Shown here one piece after another: positions 25,200 through 35,554 of a DNA stretch of 64,000 nucleotides. Origin of the DNA: Bacteroidaceae bacterium. Lineage in GTDB: Bacteria > Bacteroidota > Bacteroidia > Bacteroidales > Bacteroidaceae. Position 1 is the first letter of the stretch. Each line of letters begins with the position of its first letter. Where the stretch lies: assembly GCA_017628845.1 (NCBI GenBank), contig JAGBYI010000058.1, positions 769 through 64,768 of the forward strand, in the 5' to 3' direction. Under the pieces are notes generated by a model that saw nothing but the letters and a program-made list of their open reading frames with translations, was not told where the DNA came from and did no database searches. The position numbers and the translations under genes are program-made.

Positions 25200-27356
25200 T
25201 TAGTCCTTGACCATTTTCAAAACGCACGCACTACGTGCAGGCAAATAGAGTTTCAGCCAACCCTTGCCGTCCTTGGCAAGTTCACGGTCGTAAATGGTCA
25301 GATGCTTCAGCGTATCGTCATTGAAACCCTTGCCACCGAACTTAACATCGTCCGTATTGAGCAGATACTGGTATGTACCGGCCTTTACCATGAAACCATA
25401 GTCAGTATAACTGCGGAAAGGACTGAAGTTGAAGAAGAATAGCAGTTCACCGCGCTGGAAAGCAAACACCTGATCGCCATCGTTGTGCCATATCTCCGTC
25501 ACGTTGGTCTTCTGGATATCCTTCTCGCTCTTTATTATCTTGAGCATAGAACGGTCAAAGTCGCCCAGATAATGGAAACAAAGTTCCTTGTTGTCCACAA
25601 GGTTCCATTGGCGACGAGCATACTTATGGCTCCATCCGTTGCCCTCGCGTGGGAAGTCAATCCATTCGGGGTGACCGAACTCGTTACCCATGAAGTTCAG
25701 ATAACCGCCATTGATGGTGCTGCATGTCAGCAGACGTATCATCTTGTGCAGAGCAATACCGCGCTCCACGGTGAAATTCTCGTCGCCCTTCTTGAAGTGC
25801 CAGTACATGTCTGCATCCACCAGACGGAAAATTATGGTTTTATCACCCACGAGGGCCTGGTCATGACTTTCGCAGTAGCTGATAGTCTTCTCGTCAGCAC
25901 GACGGTTTGTAGTTTCCCACAACAGGCTGCTGGGTTTCCAGTCCTCATCACGGAGTTCCTTTATTATCTTTATCCAGTAATCAGGGATGTTCATGGCCAT
26001 ACGGTAGTTGAAACCGTAACCGCCAGCCTCGAAGGAGGCTGCCAAACCTGGCATACCGCTCACTTCCTCGGCAATAGTGATAGCTTTCTTGTTCACCTGG
26101 TGAATCAAACAGTTTGCCAGAGTGAGGTAAACGATGGCATTGTCATCCTGACTGCCGTTGTAGTAATCTCCATAACCGCCGAATGCCTGACCCAATCCAT
26201 GGCTGTAGTACAACATTGATGTAACACCATCAAAACGGAAACCATCGAAATGGAACTCATCCATCCAGTACTTGCAGTTGCTGAGCAAGAAGTGCAGTAC
26301 TTCATTCTTTCCATAGTCGAAGCATAGGCTGTCCCATGCCGGATGCTCACGGCGATCGCCTTGATAGAAGTACTGGCAAGGATCACCGGCCAGATTACCA
26401 AGACCCTCCACTTCGTTCTTCACGGCATGACTGTGCACAATGTCCATGATAACGGCTATGCCTAAGCCATGCGCCTCATCAATAAGGGCCTTCAATTCCT
26501 CGGGAGTACCAAAGCGACTGCTGGCAGCAAAGAAACTGCTCACATGATAACCGAAACTGCCGTAATAGGGATGTTCCTGTATAGCCATTATCTGTATGCA
26601 GTTGTAACCGGCTTTGTGCACACGTGGGAGCACGTTAACGCGGAACTCCTCATAAGTGCCTACTTTCTCTGCATCCTGGCCCATACCGATATGACACTCG
26701 TAGATGAGCAGAGGACTTGTATTGGGTTTGAACTTTACGTTCTTCCAGTCATACTTATGCTCTGGTTCCCACACCTGAGCAGAGAATATCTTTGTCTGTT
26801 CGTCCTGTACCACACGACGCACCCAGGCAGGAATGCGCTCACCCTGGCCACCTTCCCAGTGTACGCTCATTTTATACAGGTCACCGTGCTTCAACGCCTT
26901 TTCCGGCAATGTCAATTCCCAGTTACCGCTTCCCTCCTTCTTTTTGAAGGCGTAATGTCCGTCTTCTTTCCAACCATTGAAATCACCGATAAGGTAAATT
27001 GCCGTAGCATTCGGAGCCCATTCGCGTATCACCCAGTTCTTGCCTTCCTTATGCAAGCCAAAATAAAGATAGCCCGTGGCAAATTCCGATAGTGTTGTCT
27101 CGCCATTGTTGGTCAGTTCCGCTATCTTGTTGAGTGCAGACTGATGACGACCGTTTATTGCATCGGCATATTCTGCCAGATACTTGTCGTTCTTAATCAG
27201 TTTAAGAACAGCAGGTGCCTTCTCTTCTGCCGGCTCTGTCACCTTCTTGGTGCATGCCTTCTTGGCACAAGTCTTCTTGGGCGTAGTCTTCTTGGTGGCG
27301 GTTGTTGTTTTCTTGGTCTTAGACGCCTTAGTGGCATCGGTCTTCTTGGTTGCCAT
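25200..27356 (-). CDS. glgB: 1,4-alpha-glucan branching enzyme (GH13, eukaryote-like type) with a Lys/Thr-rich N-terminal tail
   Basis: 718 aa. GH13 regions DIVHSHA, GFRFDGVTSM, AEEVSG, ESHDQ. The first ~45 aa are K/T/A-rich. Confidence 0.85.
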   Translation of the reverse strand: MATKKTDATKASKTKKTTTATKKTTPKKTCAKKACTKKVTEPAEEKAPAVLKLIKNDKYLAEYADAINGRHQSALNKIAELTNNGETTLSEFATGYLYFGLHKEGKNWVIREWAPNATAIYLIGDFNGWKEDGHYAFKKKEGSGNWELTLPEKALKHGDLYKMSVHWEGGQGERIPAWVRRVVQDEQTKIFSAQVWEPEHKYDWKNVKFKPNTSPLLIYECHIGMGQDAEKVGTYEEFRVNVLPRVHKAGYNCIQIMAIQEHPYYGSFGYHVSSFFAASSRFGTPEELKALIDEAHGLGIAVIMDIVHSHAVKNEVEGLGNLAGDPCQYFYQGDRREHPAWDSLCFDYGKNEVLHFLLSNCKYWMDEFHFDGFRFDGVTSMLYYSHGLGQAFGGYGDYYNGSQDDNAIVYLTLANCLIHQVNKKAITIAEEVSGMPGLAASFEAGGYGFNYRMAMNIPDYWIKIIKELRDEDWKPSSLLWETTNRRADEKTISYCESHDQALVGDKTIIFRLVDADMYWHFKKGDENFTVERGIALHKMIRLLTCSTINGGYLNFMGNEFGHPEWIDFPREGNGWSHKYARRQWNLVDNKELCFHYLGDFDRSMLKIIKSEKDIQKTNVTEIWHNDGDQVFAFQRGELLFFFNFSPFRSYTDYGFMVKAGTYQYLLNTDDVKFGGKGFNDDTLKHLTIYDRELAKDGKGWLKLYLPARSACVLKMVKD

Positions 27357-27401
27357 ATTCTATGATATTAAATTTAATTGTCTTATTTATTAGTCAATCG
27401 G

Positions 27402-28496
27402 TTAGCGGTCCTTTATCTCGCCTTCGTGGAAAATGCCTTCATATCTGTTTCCATGACGGTCTTCCTGAATCCCATGTCCATGTTTCAGACCAGCCTTGAA
27501 ATGCCCTTTATATTTTGTTCCGTCCACCTGGCGTAGGACACCCTCTCCCTCCATTTGTCCTTCCACCCAGTCTCCTTCATATACATCTCCGTTGGCAGAT
27601 GTGTATTTGCCCTTTCCATGCTGGCAATTCTGTTTCCATTGTCCCACGTATGTAGCACCGCCCTTCCACGTGAATGTCCCATGACCGTTCTGGTCACCAT
27701 CCATGAAATTGCCCACATATCGGTCTCCGTTCTGGTACGTATAGATACCCTCTCCTGTGCGTTGTCCCTTAACATACATTCCCTCGTACACATTACCGTC
27801 GCCGAACTGATAAATGCCATGTCCATGCTGTTCGTCGTTCAACCACCCTCCTGTATACTTGTCTCCTGTAGCATATATGAACGTGCCGTGACCCGATTTT
27901 TTATTTTCCTTCCATCCGCCCTCATAGCGGTTGCCGTCAGCCCAGTCGTACACACCTTTTCCGTCCTTGCGATCCTTCTTCCATTCTCCAACATACGAAG
28001 CACCGCCACTGAAGGTATAGGTTCCTTCGCCTTCCCTAAGGTCATTTACCCAGTTCCCGTCATAGACATCTCCGTTGTAATAGTACATGATTCCTTTCCC
28101 ATGCTGATAATCACGGAACCACAGGCCTTCGTAACGGTTATTGTTAATGAAGTAATACACACCGAATCCGTGCTGTTGGTCCTGGAACCAATCGCCCTCG
28201 TACTTCTCTCCGTCGGAGAATATGTACGTACCTTTCCCATGACGTTTGCCTTTCAGATACTGACCTTCATAGCGGTCACCGTTCTTGAAATGAGTTATTC
28301 CACGTCCGTTCGGTTTTCCCTTAGCCAACTCTCCCTGATATATTGCGCCGTCAGAGAACTCATACGATCCTATATTAATTTTTTGGGCATAAAAAGAATC
28401 TACAACCGAAAACAACAGTATGGTTGCACAACATATCGCCCGTATAGGAAAGTTTTTCAATTGCAAGTTGACTAAATAATATCTATTCGCGAACAA
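27402..28496 (-). CDS. MORN-repeat protein with N-terminal signal/anchor
   Basis: 364 aa. More than 12 tandem YEGxWxxGKxHGxG units. Confidence 0.8.
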   Translation of the reverse strand: MFANRYYLVNLQLKNFPIRAICCATILLFSVVDSFYAQKINIGSYEFSDGAIYQGELAKGKPNGRGITHFKNGDRYEGQYLKGKRHGKGTYIFSDGEKYEGDWFQDQQHGFGVYYFINNNRYEGLWFRDYQHGKGIMYYYNGDVYDGNWVNDLREGEGTYTFSGGASYVGEWKKDRKDGKGVYDWADGNRYEGGWKENKKSGHGTFIYATGDKYTGGWLNDEQHGHGIYQFGDGNVYEGMYVKGQRTGEGIYTYQNGDRYVGNFMDGDQNGHGTFTWKGGATYVGQWKQNCQHGKGKYTSANGDVYEGDWVEGQMEGEGVLRQVDGTKYKGHFKAGLKHGHGIQEDRHGNRYEGIFHEGEIKDR

Positions 28497-28566
28497 AGAT
28501 AAGAAAATATATTTATTTATACAAACGGAGACAACATTTTTTCATCACCTACCCAAATTTAATGAC

Positions 28567-28607
28567 AAAAAGGACTGTTGGCCGACATCCTCGGCAACAG
28601 TCCTTTT
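28567..28607 (-). terminator. rho-independent terminator downstream of mrcA
   Basis: 13-bp stem AAAAGGACTGTTG/CAACAGTCCTTTT, followed on the minus strand by a T-run. Confidence 0.6.
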
Positions 28608-28631
28608 GTATCTATTTCCTATTATTGCTTT

Positions 28632-31001
28632 CTACGGGTTCATGGCAGCCTCATCCACCAGCATCTCACCTGTCTCTCCGGAATTTGCTCGCTCTGCAGC
28701 CCAAGCATCCAGAATCTCTTGCGGAATCTCAAAATTCTCGTCCGGCAGATAAACCAGCGTGGAATCCGCATACACTCTCTGCAGGAATTTGGCCACCACC
28801 GGCAATGCCGACGCTGCTCCCTGGCCATACGCCATAGAGGAGAAATGCACATCTCTTTCTTCACCACCAACCCATGCTCCAAAAGCAAGGCTTGGTGTGT
28901 ATCCCACAAACCAACCATCGGAATTATCGTTGGTAGTTCCAGTCTTTCCTCCCATGGGAGCCTTTATATTATAACGGAAACGCATGCGCGAACCAGTACC
29001 TCCGTCCATTACCCCACGCATCAATTCAACCATCTTCCATGCAGCATCCCTACTGATTACGTGATGAATCTGTGGCACGAACGTGGCAAGCACATTGCCC
29101 TCCGAGTCCTCTATCCGCGTAACGAAACGAGGTGCGCGGCGCATGCCCTCCTTGGCAAAACCTGTATATGCGGCAACCATTTCCAAAACACTGATTTCAC
29201 AAGCTCCCAGACATAGAGACATGGCCGGTTCTATACTCATGTTCTGCACTCCGAACTCATGTATCAGACCTACAAGTAATTCGGGACTCAGCTGGTTCAT
29301 CAACCATGCTGAAATCCAGTTATTGGATTGTGCCAATCCCCATTTCAGCGTAACCATTTCACCATACCTGCTTTGGCTGGCATTACGTGGTGTCCACTCC
29401 TGGTCTCCCACCTGATAGGTAACCTGCTCGTTTGGGGCAAGATCATAGGGACTATATCCGCTCTCCATTGCCAGAGCATAAAGGAATGGTTTTATCGTAG
29501 AACCGACCTGTCGACGCGCCTGCCCCGCCATGTCATATCTGAAATGCGAATAGTCAATATCGCCTACATACGCTTTCACGTCGCCCATTTCCGTGTCCAT
29601 GCATACAAAGCCCGAGTGCAGAAAGCCCTTATAATACTTCAGGGAATCCAATGGAGTCATCAGAGTGTCTATGTTGCCATTGGGAGAATATACGCTCATT
29701 GCCACAGGAACATTGAACGACTCCTCAATCTCCTTGGCAGAATATCCGGCAGCTTTCATTGTAACATAACGCTCGCTTTGTCGCCTGGCCCTCTGAAGAT
29801 CATCGGCCACTCTTTGTGCCGGCAGACTTCGATTATATGGTTTGCGCGGATTTCTAACCTGTTCCTTTTCAAAAGCCGGCTGCAGATAATTCACGACGTG
29901 CTCCCTGATACTGGTTTCGGCATACCTCTGCATACGACTGTCTATAGTACTGTATATCTTCAGCCCATCGGTATATATATTATAAGGTCGCCCCTCCTTG
30001 TTGGTATTCTTGTTGCACCAGCCATACAAAGGGTCTTCTTCCCATGCCAGAGAATCTTCGTAATAACGCTGCGCCTGCCACGACTCGTAATTCTCGCGTT
30101 TGGGGCGTTTTGCCATCAGAACCCTGCGAAGACGCTCCCTCACATACATGCCCGAACCGCTTCTATGGTCCACCCTACGGAAGTTCAACTTAAGCGGCAA
30201 CTGCATCAGGCTATCAGCCTCGTTTTCCGTCAAATACCCTGAGCGCACCATTTGTCCAAGGACCACATTACGACGTTCCCTTGCCCTCTCTGGGACACGC
30301 ACCGGATTGTAGTAAGACGGGTTCTTGCACATGCCCACGAGAACGGCACACTCCTCTATATCAAGTTCATTAGGTTCCTTGCTGAAATATGTACGCGTTG
30401 CCGTCTTTATACCTACGGCATTATGCAGGAAGTCGAAGTAGTTGAGATACATGGTAATTATCTCTTCCTTCGTGTAGTACCTCTCCAGCTTAAGGGCTAT
30501 CATCCACTCTATGGGTTTCTGGAACAGACGTTCCATTGTACTGGATGCACGCTCGCTATAGAGCTGTTTCGCCAGCTGCTGTGTAATAGTAGAACCTCCT
30601 CCGGCACTTTTCTGACCCAACAAGCCCCTTTTCACCACAGCACGGAACAAGGCTCTGAAATCTATGCCAGCATGGTCATGGAAGCGTTCGTCCTCAGTGG
30701 CTATCAATGCCTGTATCATTGCCGGCGCTATGGAGTCGTATTCCGTAAATATGCGGTTTGTGGAACCATAACTGTACGTACCCATCAACTTACCATCGGA
30801 TGTCAGTATCTGACTGGCAAACTTATTAACCGGATTGGACAATTGTTCCATGTCGGGCAGGCGGAATGTTTTTTTGAATGTAACGATTCCGTTTTCTACG
30901 AGCATATATCGTCCCTCATTGATGGCCCAGAACACCCAGCCAACGCCACAGACCCCGCCCACCAGCAACAGCCACAGACAGATGAATACAGCCTTTCTCA
31001 T
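28632..31001 (-). CDS. mrcA: penicillin-binding protein 1A (bifunctional transglycosylase/transpeptidase)
   Basis: 789 aa. N-terminal TM helix, EDERFHDHAGID glycosyltransferase motif, STIKP and KTGTTN transpeptidase motifs. Confidence 0.9.
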   Translation of the reverse strand: MRKAVFICLWLLLVGGVCGVGWVFWAINEGRYMLVENGIVTFKKTFRLPDMEQLSNPVNKFASQILTSDGKLMGTYSYGSTNRIFTEYDSIAPAMIQALIATEDERFHDHAGIDFRALFRAVVKRGLLGQKSAGGGSTITQQLAKQLYSERASSTMERLFQKPIEWMIALKLERYYTKEEIITMYLNYFDFLHNAVGIKTATRTYFSKEPNELDIEECAVLVGMCKNPSYYNPVRVPERARERRNVVLGQMVRSGYLTENEADSLMQLPLKLNFRRVDHRSGSGMYVRERLRRVLMAKRPKRENYESWQAQRYYEDSLAWEEDPLYGWCNKNTNKEGRPYNIYTDGLKIYSTIDSRMQRYAETSIREHVVNYLQPAFEKEQVRNPRKPYNRSLPAQRVADDLQRARRQSERYVTMKAAGYSAKEIEESFNVPVAMSVYSPNGNIDTLMTPLDSLKYYKGFLHSGFVCMDTEMGDVKAYVGDIDYSHFRYDMAGQARRQVGSTIKPFLYALAMESGYSPYDLAPNEQVTYQVGDQEWTPRNASQSRYGEMVTLKWGLAQSNNWISAWLMNQLSPELLVGLIHEFGVQNMSIEPAMSLCLGACEISVLEMVAAYTGFAKEGMRRAPRFVTRIEDSEGNVLATFVPQIHHVISRDAAWKMVELMRGVMDGGTGSRMRFRYNIKAPMGGKTGTTNDNSDGWFVGYTPSLAFGAWVGGEERDVHFSSMAYGQGAASALPVVAKFLQRVYADSTLVYLPDENFEIPQEILDAWAAERANSGETGEMLVDEAAMNP

Positions 31002-31025
31002 ATCAAAAATGTCTTTTTAGCAATG

Positions 31026-31484
31026 CTATTCCACTATACGCACGTCACTCAGTTCCACATCCCTATTGCAATAGCAGCAACGGATAATGTCCTTGCCCTG
31101 TGCAACGGAACGGAAGCGCGTTTTCATAGGTTCGTTGTTGGTAATACACTTGGGATTAGGACACTGCACTATACCCACAAGTTCTTCGGGCATCTCCACC
31201 GTGCGCTTCTCAATGATAACATAGTCCTTTATCACGCACATCGTTATGTTGGGAGCCACAGCCGACAACTGGTTCAGTTCCTCATCGGTAAAATACTTGT
31301 CGGCTATCTTTATTATGCTCTTGGTCCCCATTACCGCACTCTTCAGGTTAAAACCTATTGTTATGGCATTGCTCATCTTCTCCAGATGCAGCATGCTTAC
31401 CACGTCGAAAAGCCTGTCACTGGGTATATGATCCAACACGGTACCGTTCTCTATGGCGGCCACCATCATCTCCTTCTTGTTCAT
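31026..31484 (-). CDS. pyrI: aspartate carbamoyltransferase regulatory subunit
   Basis: 152 aa. IENGTVLDHIP, zinc site CPNPKCITN...CCYC. Confidence 0.9.
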   Translation of the reverse strand: MNKKEMMVAAIENGTVLDHIPSDRLFDVVSMLHLEKMSNAITIGFNLKSAVMGTKSIIKIADKYFTDEELNQLSAVAPNITMCVIKDYVIIEKRTVEMPEELVGIVQCPNPKCITNNEPMKTRFRSVAQGKDIIRCCYCNRDVELSDVRIVE

Positions 31485-31542
31485 GGAATTGTATTTCGTT
31501 GTGTTCTTTCAGGTTAATGTCTCTTATTTCCAACGGCAAGCA

Positions 31543-32487
31543 CTACAGAATGGTCTTGTCGTTGACAACGTCCTCCAGGGTGAAGCCCAGCACATCACAT
31601 ATCAGAGCCTGTCGGGCATAAAGTCCGTTCTGGGCCTGTTGGAAATAGTATGCATAGGGAGTATCGTCTATTGAGTATTCTATCTCGTTGACACGTGGCA
31701 GCGGGTGCAATATCTTCATGTTCTCACGCACTTTGCACAACATGTCTTTCTTCAGCAGATAACGGTCCTTCACACGCTCATACTCGTCCAGATCGGCAAA
31801 GCGTTCCTTCTGCACACGGGTCATGTACAGGATGTCGGCATCGCTTATCGTGTCGGCGTCAAAGTCCTGATGCTCCACATATCGTATACCGTACTCATCG
31901 CAATACCTCTTGTACACAGCAGGCATGGCCAATTCGTCAGGAGCGATGAAATGGAACGTAGGGTTGAAATGGCGCATGGCCATCAGCAGCGAATGCACGG
32001 TACGACCGTATTTCAGGTCGCCCACCATGTAAATGTTCAAGTTATCAAGCGTTCCCTGCGTCTGATATATGGTATACAGGTCCAGCATGGTCTGCGATGG
32101 ATGCTGGTTAGCTCCGTCGCCGGCATTCACGATAGGCACAGGTGCCACCTCGCTGGCATACAAAGCAGCCCCCTCAAGATAGTGACGCATCACTATCACG
32201 TCGGCATAACTGGACACCATCATCATGGTATCCTTCAGCGTCTCGCCCTTGGTGCCGCTTGTTACCTTCGGGTCGGCAAAACCTATCACACGTGCCCCCA
32301 GTCGGTTGGCAGCAGTTTCAAAACTCAGACGGGTGCGGGTGGACGGTTCAAAAAACAGTGTTGCCACCACCCTGCCGGCCAGCAGTCTGCGGTTGGGATA
32401 GTTCTCAAACTCCTGAGCCATGCGGATCAGGTACTCGATCTTCTCTCGAGAGTGACCGGCAAGGGTCACAAGACTTCTATTCTTCAT
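31543..32487 (-). CDS. pyrB: aspartate carbamoyltransferase catalytic subunit
   Basis: 314 aa. [20 protein letters not shown] motifs. Confidence 0.9.
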   Translation of the reverse strand: MKNRSLVTLAGHSREKIEYLIRMAQEFENYPNRRLLAGRVVATLFFEPSTRTRLSFETAANRLGARVIGFADPKVTSGTKGETLKDTMMMVSSYADVIVMRHYLEGAALYASEVAPVPIVNAGDGANQHPSQTMLDLYTIYQTQGTLDNLNIYMVGDLKYGRTVHSLLMAMRHFNPTFHFIAPDELAMPAVYKRYCDEYGIRYVEHQDFDADTISDADILYMTRVQKERFADLDEYERVKDRYLLKKDMLCKVRENMKILHPLPRVNEIEYSIDDTPYAYYFQQAQNGLYARQALICDVLGFTLEDVVNDKTIL

Positions 32488-32514
32488 GGTAACGTGCCTT
32501 TCTCTTTTTCATGC

Positions 32515-32522
32515 CAAAGATA
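32515..32522 (-). promoter_or_regulatory. -7 box TATCTTTG for pyrBI
   Basis: Exact TAnnTTTG on the minus strand, 28 nt upstream of the pyrB ATG. Confidence 0.45.
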
Positions 32523-32629
32523 CAACTTTATATATTAAAACACAGGGCATACCACAGGTATTTTGACATAAATGATATAAAAAGGAGAAAATAACGCCTA
32601 TCCATAACATCATGTATGAAGTTTTTTTA

Positions 32630-32637
32630 TAATTTTG
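32630..32637 (+). promoter_or_regulatory. -7 box TAATTTTG for glyA
   Basis: Exact TAnnTTTG, 80 nt upstream of the glyA ATG. Confidence 0.45.
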
Positions 32638-32716
32638 CGACCTGTTATACGACAAGGGGGCGACATCCTGCGTCGTTCCGGACATTCCGAAATCAACAAA
32701 CAAAAAACACTACAAT

Positions 32717-33991
32717 ATGGACAAGACAGTCTTTGACTTAATCAGCGAAGAACGTGCACGCCAGATGCGTGGCATAGAACTCATCGCAAGCGAGAATTTC
32801 GTTTCTGACCAGGTAATGCAAGCCATGGGCAGTGTTCTTACCAACAAATATGCCGAGGGTTATCCTGGCAAGCGCTACTATGGCGGCTGCCAGATTGTGG
32901 ACAAGGTGGAGGAACTGGCTATAGAACGCATCTGCAAACTCTTTGATGCCGAATACGCCAACGTGCAGCCCCACTCCGGTGCTCAAGCAAATGCAGCAGT
33001 ATTCCTTGCATGCCTGGAACTGGGCGACACTTTCATGGGTCTTAACCTTGATCACGGAGGTCACCTTTCTCACGGTTCTGCCGTAAACACCTCCGGCATC
33101 AACTACAAGCCCGTAGGCTACAACCTCAACAAGGAAACCGGACGCGTAGATTACGACGAAATGGAGCGCCTGGCTCTCGAACACAAGCCCAAGCTCATCG
33201 TGGGCGGAGGTTCTGCCTATAGCCGCGAATGGGACTACCGCCGTATGCGCGAGATTGCCGACAAGGTGGGTGCTATCCTCATGATAGACATGGCACACCC
33301 TGCAGGTCTCATTGCTGCCGGACTGCTGGACAACCCCGTAAAATATGCACACATCGTCACCTCCACCACACACAAGACCCTGCGCGGTCCCCGTGGCGGT
33401 ATCATCCTCATGGGCAAGGACTTCCCCAACCCTTGGGGCAAGACCACTCCAAAGGGCGAGGTAAAGATGATGTCCGCCCTGCTGAACAGCGCCGTATTCC
33501 CCGGTACACAAGGCGGTCCTCTGGAGCACGTCATCGCTGCCAAGGCAGTTGCTTTTGGTGAGGCTCTGGATCCCAAGTTCCGCGAATATGCCGCACAGGT
33601 AAAGAAGAATGCCGCCGTGCTGGCAGATGAACTGCAGAAGCGTGGTTTCTATATCGTAAGCGGAGGTACCGACAACCACTCCATGCTGGTGGACCTGCGT
33701 ACCAAGTACCCCGAATTGACCGGCAAGGTTGCCGAAAAGGCCCTCGTTGCCGCTGACATCACAGCCAACAAGAACATGGTTCCCTTCGACAGCCGTTCTG
33801 CTTTCCAGACTTCAGGCATCCGCTTGGGCACCCCAGCCATCACCACCCGTGGTGTCAAGGAAGATATGATGGCAGTCATCGCTTCTCTTATAGAACGTGT
33901 CCTCAACGACCCCGAGAACGAGGAGAACATCGCCAGCGTCCGCGCCGAGGTAAATGCCATGATGGCAGAATACCCCCTCTTCGCCTGGTAA
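32717..33991 (+). CDS. glyA: serine hydroxymethyltransferase
   Basis: 424 aa. [24 protein letters not shown]-lysine motif. Confidence 0.95.
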   Translation: MDKTVFDLISEERARQMRGIELIASENFVSDQVMQAMGSVLTNKYAEGYPGKRYYGGCQIVDKVEELAIERICKLFDAEYANVQPHSGAQANAAVFLACLELGDTFMGLNLDHGGHLSHGSAVNTSGINYKPVGYNLNKETGRVDYDEMERLALEHKPKLIVGGGSAYSREWDYRRMREIADKVGAILMIDMAHPAGLIAAGLLDNPVKYAHIVTSTTHKTLRGPRGGIILMGKDFPNPWGKTTPKGEVKMMSALLNSAVFPGTQGGPLEHVIAAKAVAFGEALDPKFREYAAQVKKNAAVLADELQKRGFYIVSGGTDNHSMLVDLRTKYPELTGKVAEKALVAADITANKNMVPFDSRSAFQTSGIRLGTPAITTRGVKEDMMAVIASLIERVLNDPENEENIASVRAEVNAMMAEYPLFAW

Positions 33992-34011
33992 CAGACCTTT
34001 ACCTTAACACA

Positions 34012-34050
34012 CCATACGGCTGGAGCGATCGCCCCAGCCGTATGGTTTTT
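34012..34050 (+). terminator. rho-independent terminator of glyA
   Basis: 12-bp stem CCATACGGCTGG/CCAGCCGTATGG followed by TTTTT. Confidence 0.7.
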
Positions 34051-34101
34051 CTTAAAGACCTTACACAGGTTTTACTTTCCGTTCTCCACCCTTCCTCCCG
34101 G

Positions 34102-35334
34102 TCACTGTGCCTTGGCGTCCAGATAACTGTCCTTGAATCCAAGGAAGTATAGCACGCCGTCCAGACCTATGGTATTTATGGACTGCTGTGCGTTGGCAAC
34201 AACACGCGGCTTGGCATGGAAGGCTATGCCCAAACCTGCCGTGGCCAGCATGGGCAGGTCGTTGGCACCATCGCCCACGGCAATGGTCTGCTCCAGGTCC
34301 ACCTTTTCCACCTGTGCTATCAGGCGCAGGAGCTCGGCCTTGCGCTTGCCGTCCACCACCTCGCCAACGTAGTTTCCGGTCAGATGCCCTGTCTCGTCCA
34401 CCTCCAGTTCATTGGCATAGACATAGTCGATGCCGTACTTCTTCTGTATGTACTCCCCAAAGAAGGTGAAACCGCCCGACAGGATGGCTATCTTGTAGCC
34501 GTAGCTCTTCAGCACGTACATCAGCCTGTCCACACCCTCTGTAAAAGGCAGGTTCTCTGCTATGTCCTGCATCACGCTTACGTCCAGTCCCTTAAGCAAC
34601 TGGCAACGGCGGCGGAACGACTCCTGGAACTCTATCTCGCCCCGCATGGCCTGCTCGGTAATGGCGGCAACCTGGTCATACACCCCGTGGCGGCGTGCCA
34701 GTTCGTCTATAACCTCGGCCTGGATCAGCGTGGAATCCATATCGAAGCATATCAGTCGGCGCATACGGCGGTACATGTTGTCGCGCTGGAAAGAGCAGTC
34801 TATGGCCATCTCTGCCGACAGGCGCAGCAGGCTGGCCTGCATCTGCTCGCGGTCCTTGGGAGTTCCGCGCAGGGAGAACTGTATGCAGGCGCGTGTCTTC
34901 TCGGCAGGGCGCTCTATGCTCTGGCGTCCCGACAGGCGGCGGACGGCATCAATGTTCAGTCCCTGCTCTACAATCAGGTGGGTAACCGCTCCTATCTGCG
35001 AGGCATCCAGGCTGCGCCCCAGTATGGTCAGTATGTAGCGGTTCTTGCCCTGACGTGATACCCACGCCTCGTATTCTTCCATGCTGACGGGGGCAAACTT
35101 GATGTTCACTCCCAGTTCGCTGGTCTTGAAGAGCAGTTCCTTCATCACCTTGCCACTCTTGTCCTCGTCCACTCTGATCAGTATGCCCATACTCAGGGTG
35201 GAGTGTATCACGGCCTGACCAATATCCTGAATGTGAACACCATGTACGGACAGTATGTCCATAATATCTGCCGTCAGCCCGGGGCGGTCTGCTCCGGTTA
35301 TGCGCACAAGCATCAGTTCTTCCTTGTTTTCCAT
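34102..35334 (-). CDS. serB: phosphoserine phosphatase with N-terminal ACT domains
   Basis: 410 aa. HAD motifs FDMDSTLI and GDGANDL. Two ACT-like N-terminal repeats. Confidence 0.85.
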   Translation of the reverse strand: MENKEELMLVRITGADRPGLTADIMDILSVHGVHIQDIGQAVIHSTLSMGILIRVDEDKSGKVMKELLFKTSELGVNIKFAPVSMEEYEAWVSRQGKNRYILTILGRSLDASQIGAVTHLIVEQGLNIDAVRRLSGRQSIERPAEKTRACIQFSLRGTPKDREQMQASLLRLSAEMAIDCSFQRDNMYRRMRRLICFDMDSTLIQAEVIDELARRHGVYDQVAAITEQAMRGEIEFQESFRRRCQLLKGLDVSVMQDIAENLPFTEGVDRLMYVLKSYGYKIAILSGGFTFFGEYIQKKYGIDYVYANELEVDETGHLTGNYVGEVVDGKRKAELLRLIAQVEKVDLEQTIAVGDGANDLPMLATAGLGIAFHAKPRVVANAQQSINTIGLDGVLYFLGFKDSYLDAKAQ

Positions 35335-35348
35335 TGAATTTTATTTTT

Positions 35349-35413
35349 AGGGACTATAGAGACTATAGGGACTATAGGGACTATAGAGGCTATAGAAAAG
35401 ATATAAACTATAG
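35349..35413. repeat. CTATAG boxes phased at exactly 9 bp (5 tandem units plus one at +18)
   Basis: CTATAG starts at 35354, 35363, 35372, 35381, 35390 and 35408. Lies directly upstream of the serB start. Confidence 0.75.
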
Positions 35414-35463
35414 AGAAAAGGATTCTATGTCCTGCGTTCATCACTAAACGTTCCCCCTACATT

Positions 35464-35535
35464 TAGGGACGCTGCGTGCAGCGTCCGCCTTGCAACTATA
35501 CTGGAGGTTTTCGGACGCAGCACGCTGCGTCCCTA
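35464..35535. repeat. twin GC-rich hairpins (GGACGCTGC-GT-GCAGCGTCC and GGACGCAG-CACG-CTGCGTCC)
   Basis: Hairpins at 35467-35486 and 35513-35532, framed by TAGGGAC...GTCCCTA. The second is 20 nt downstream of the nuclease stop codon. Confidence 0.65.
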
Positions 35536-35554
35536 CTGTTAGGTGATTCCGTTT

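Noticed and set aside
35349-35413. CRISPR array
   Set aside because: The period is 9 bp with no spacers and no cas genes. This is a simple tandem repeat. No other CRISPR-like structure is seen anywhere in the window.
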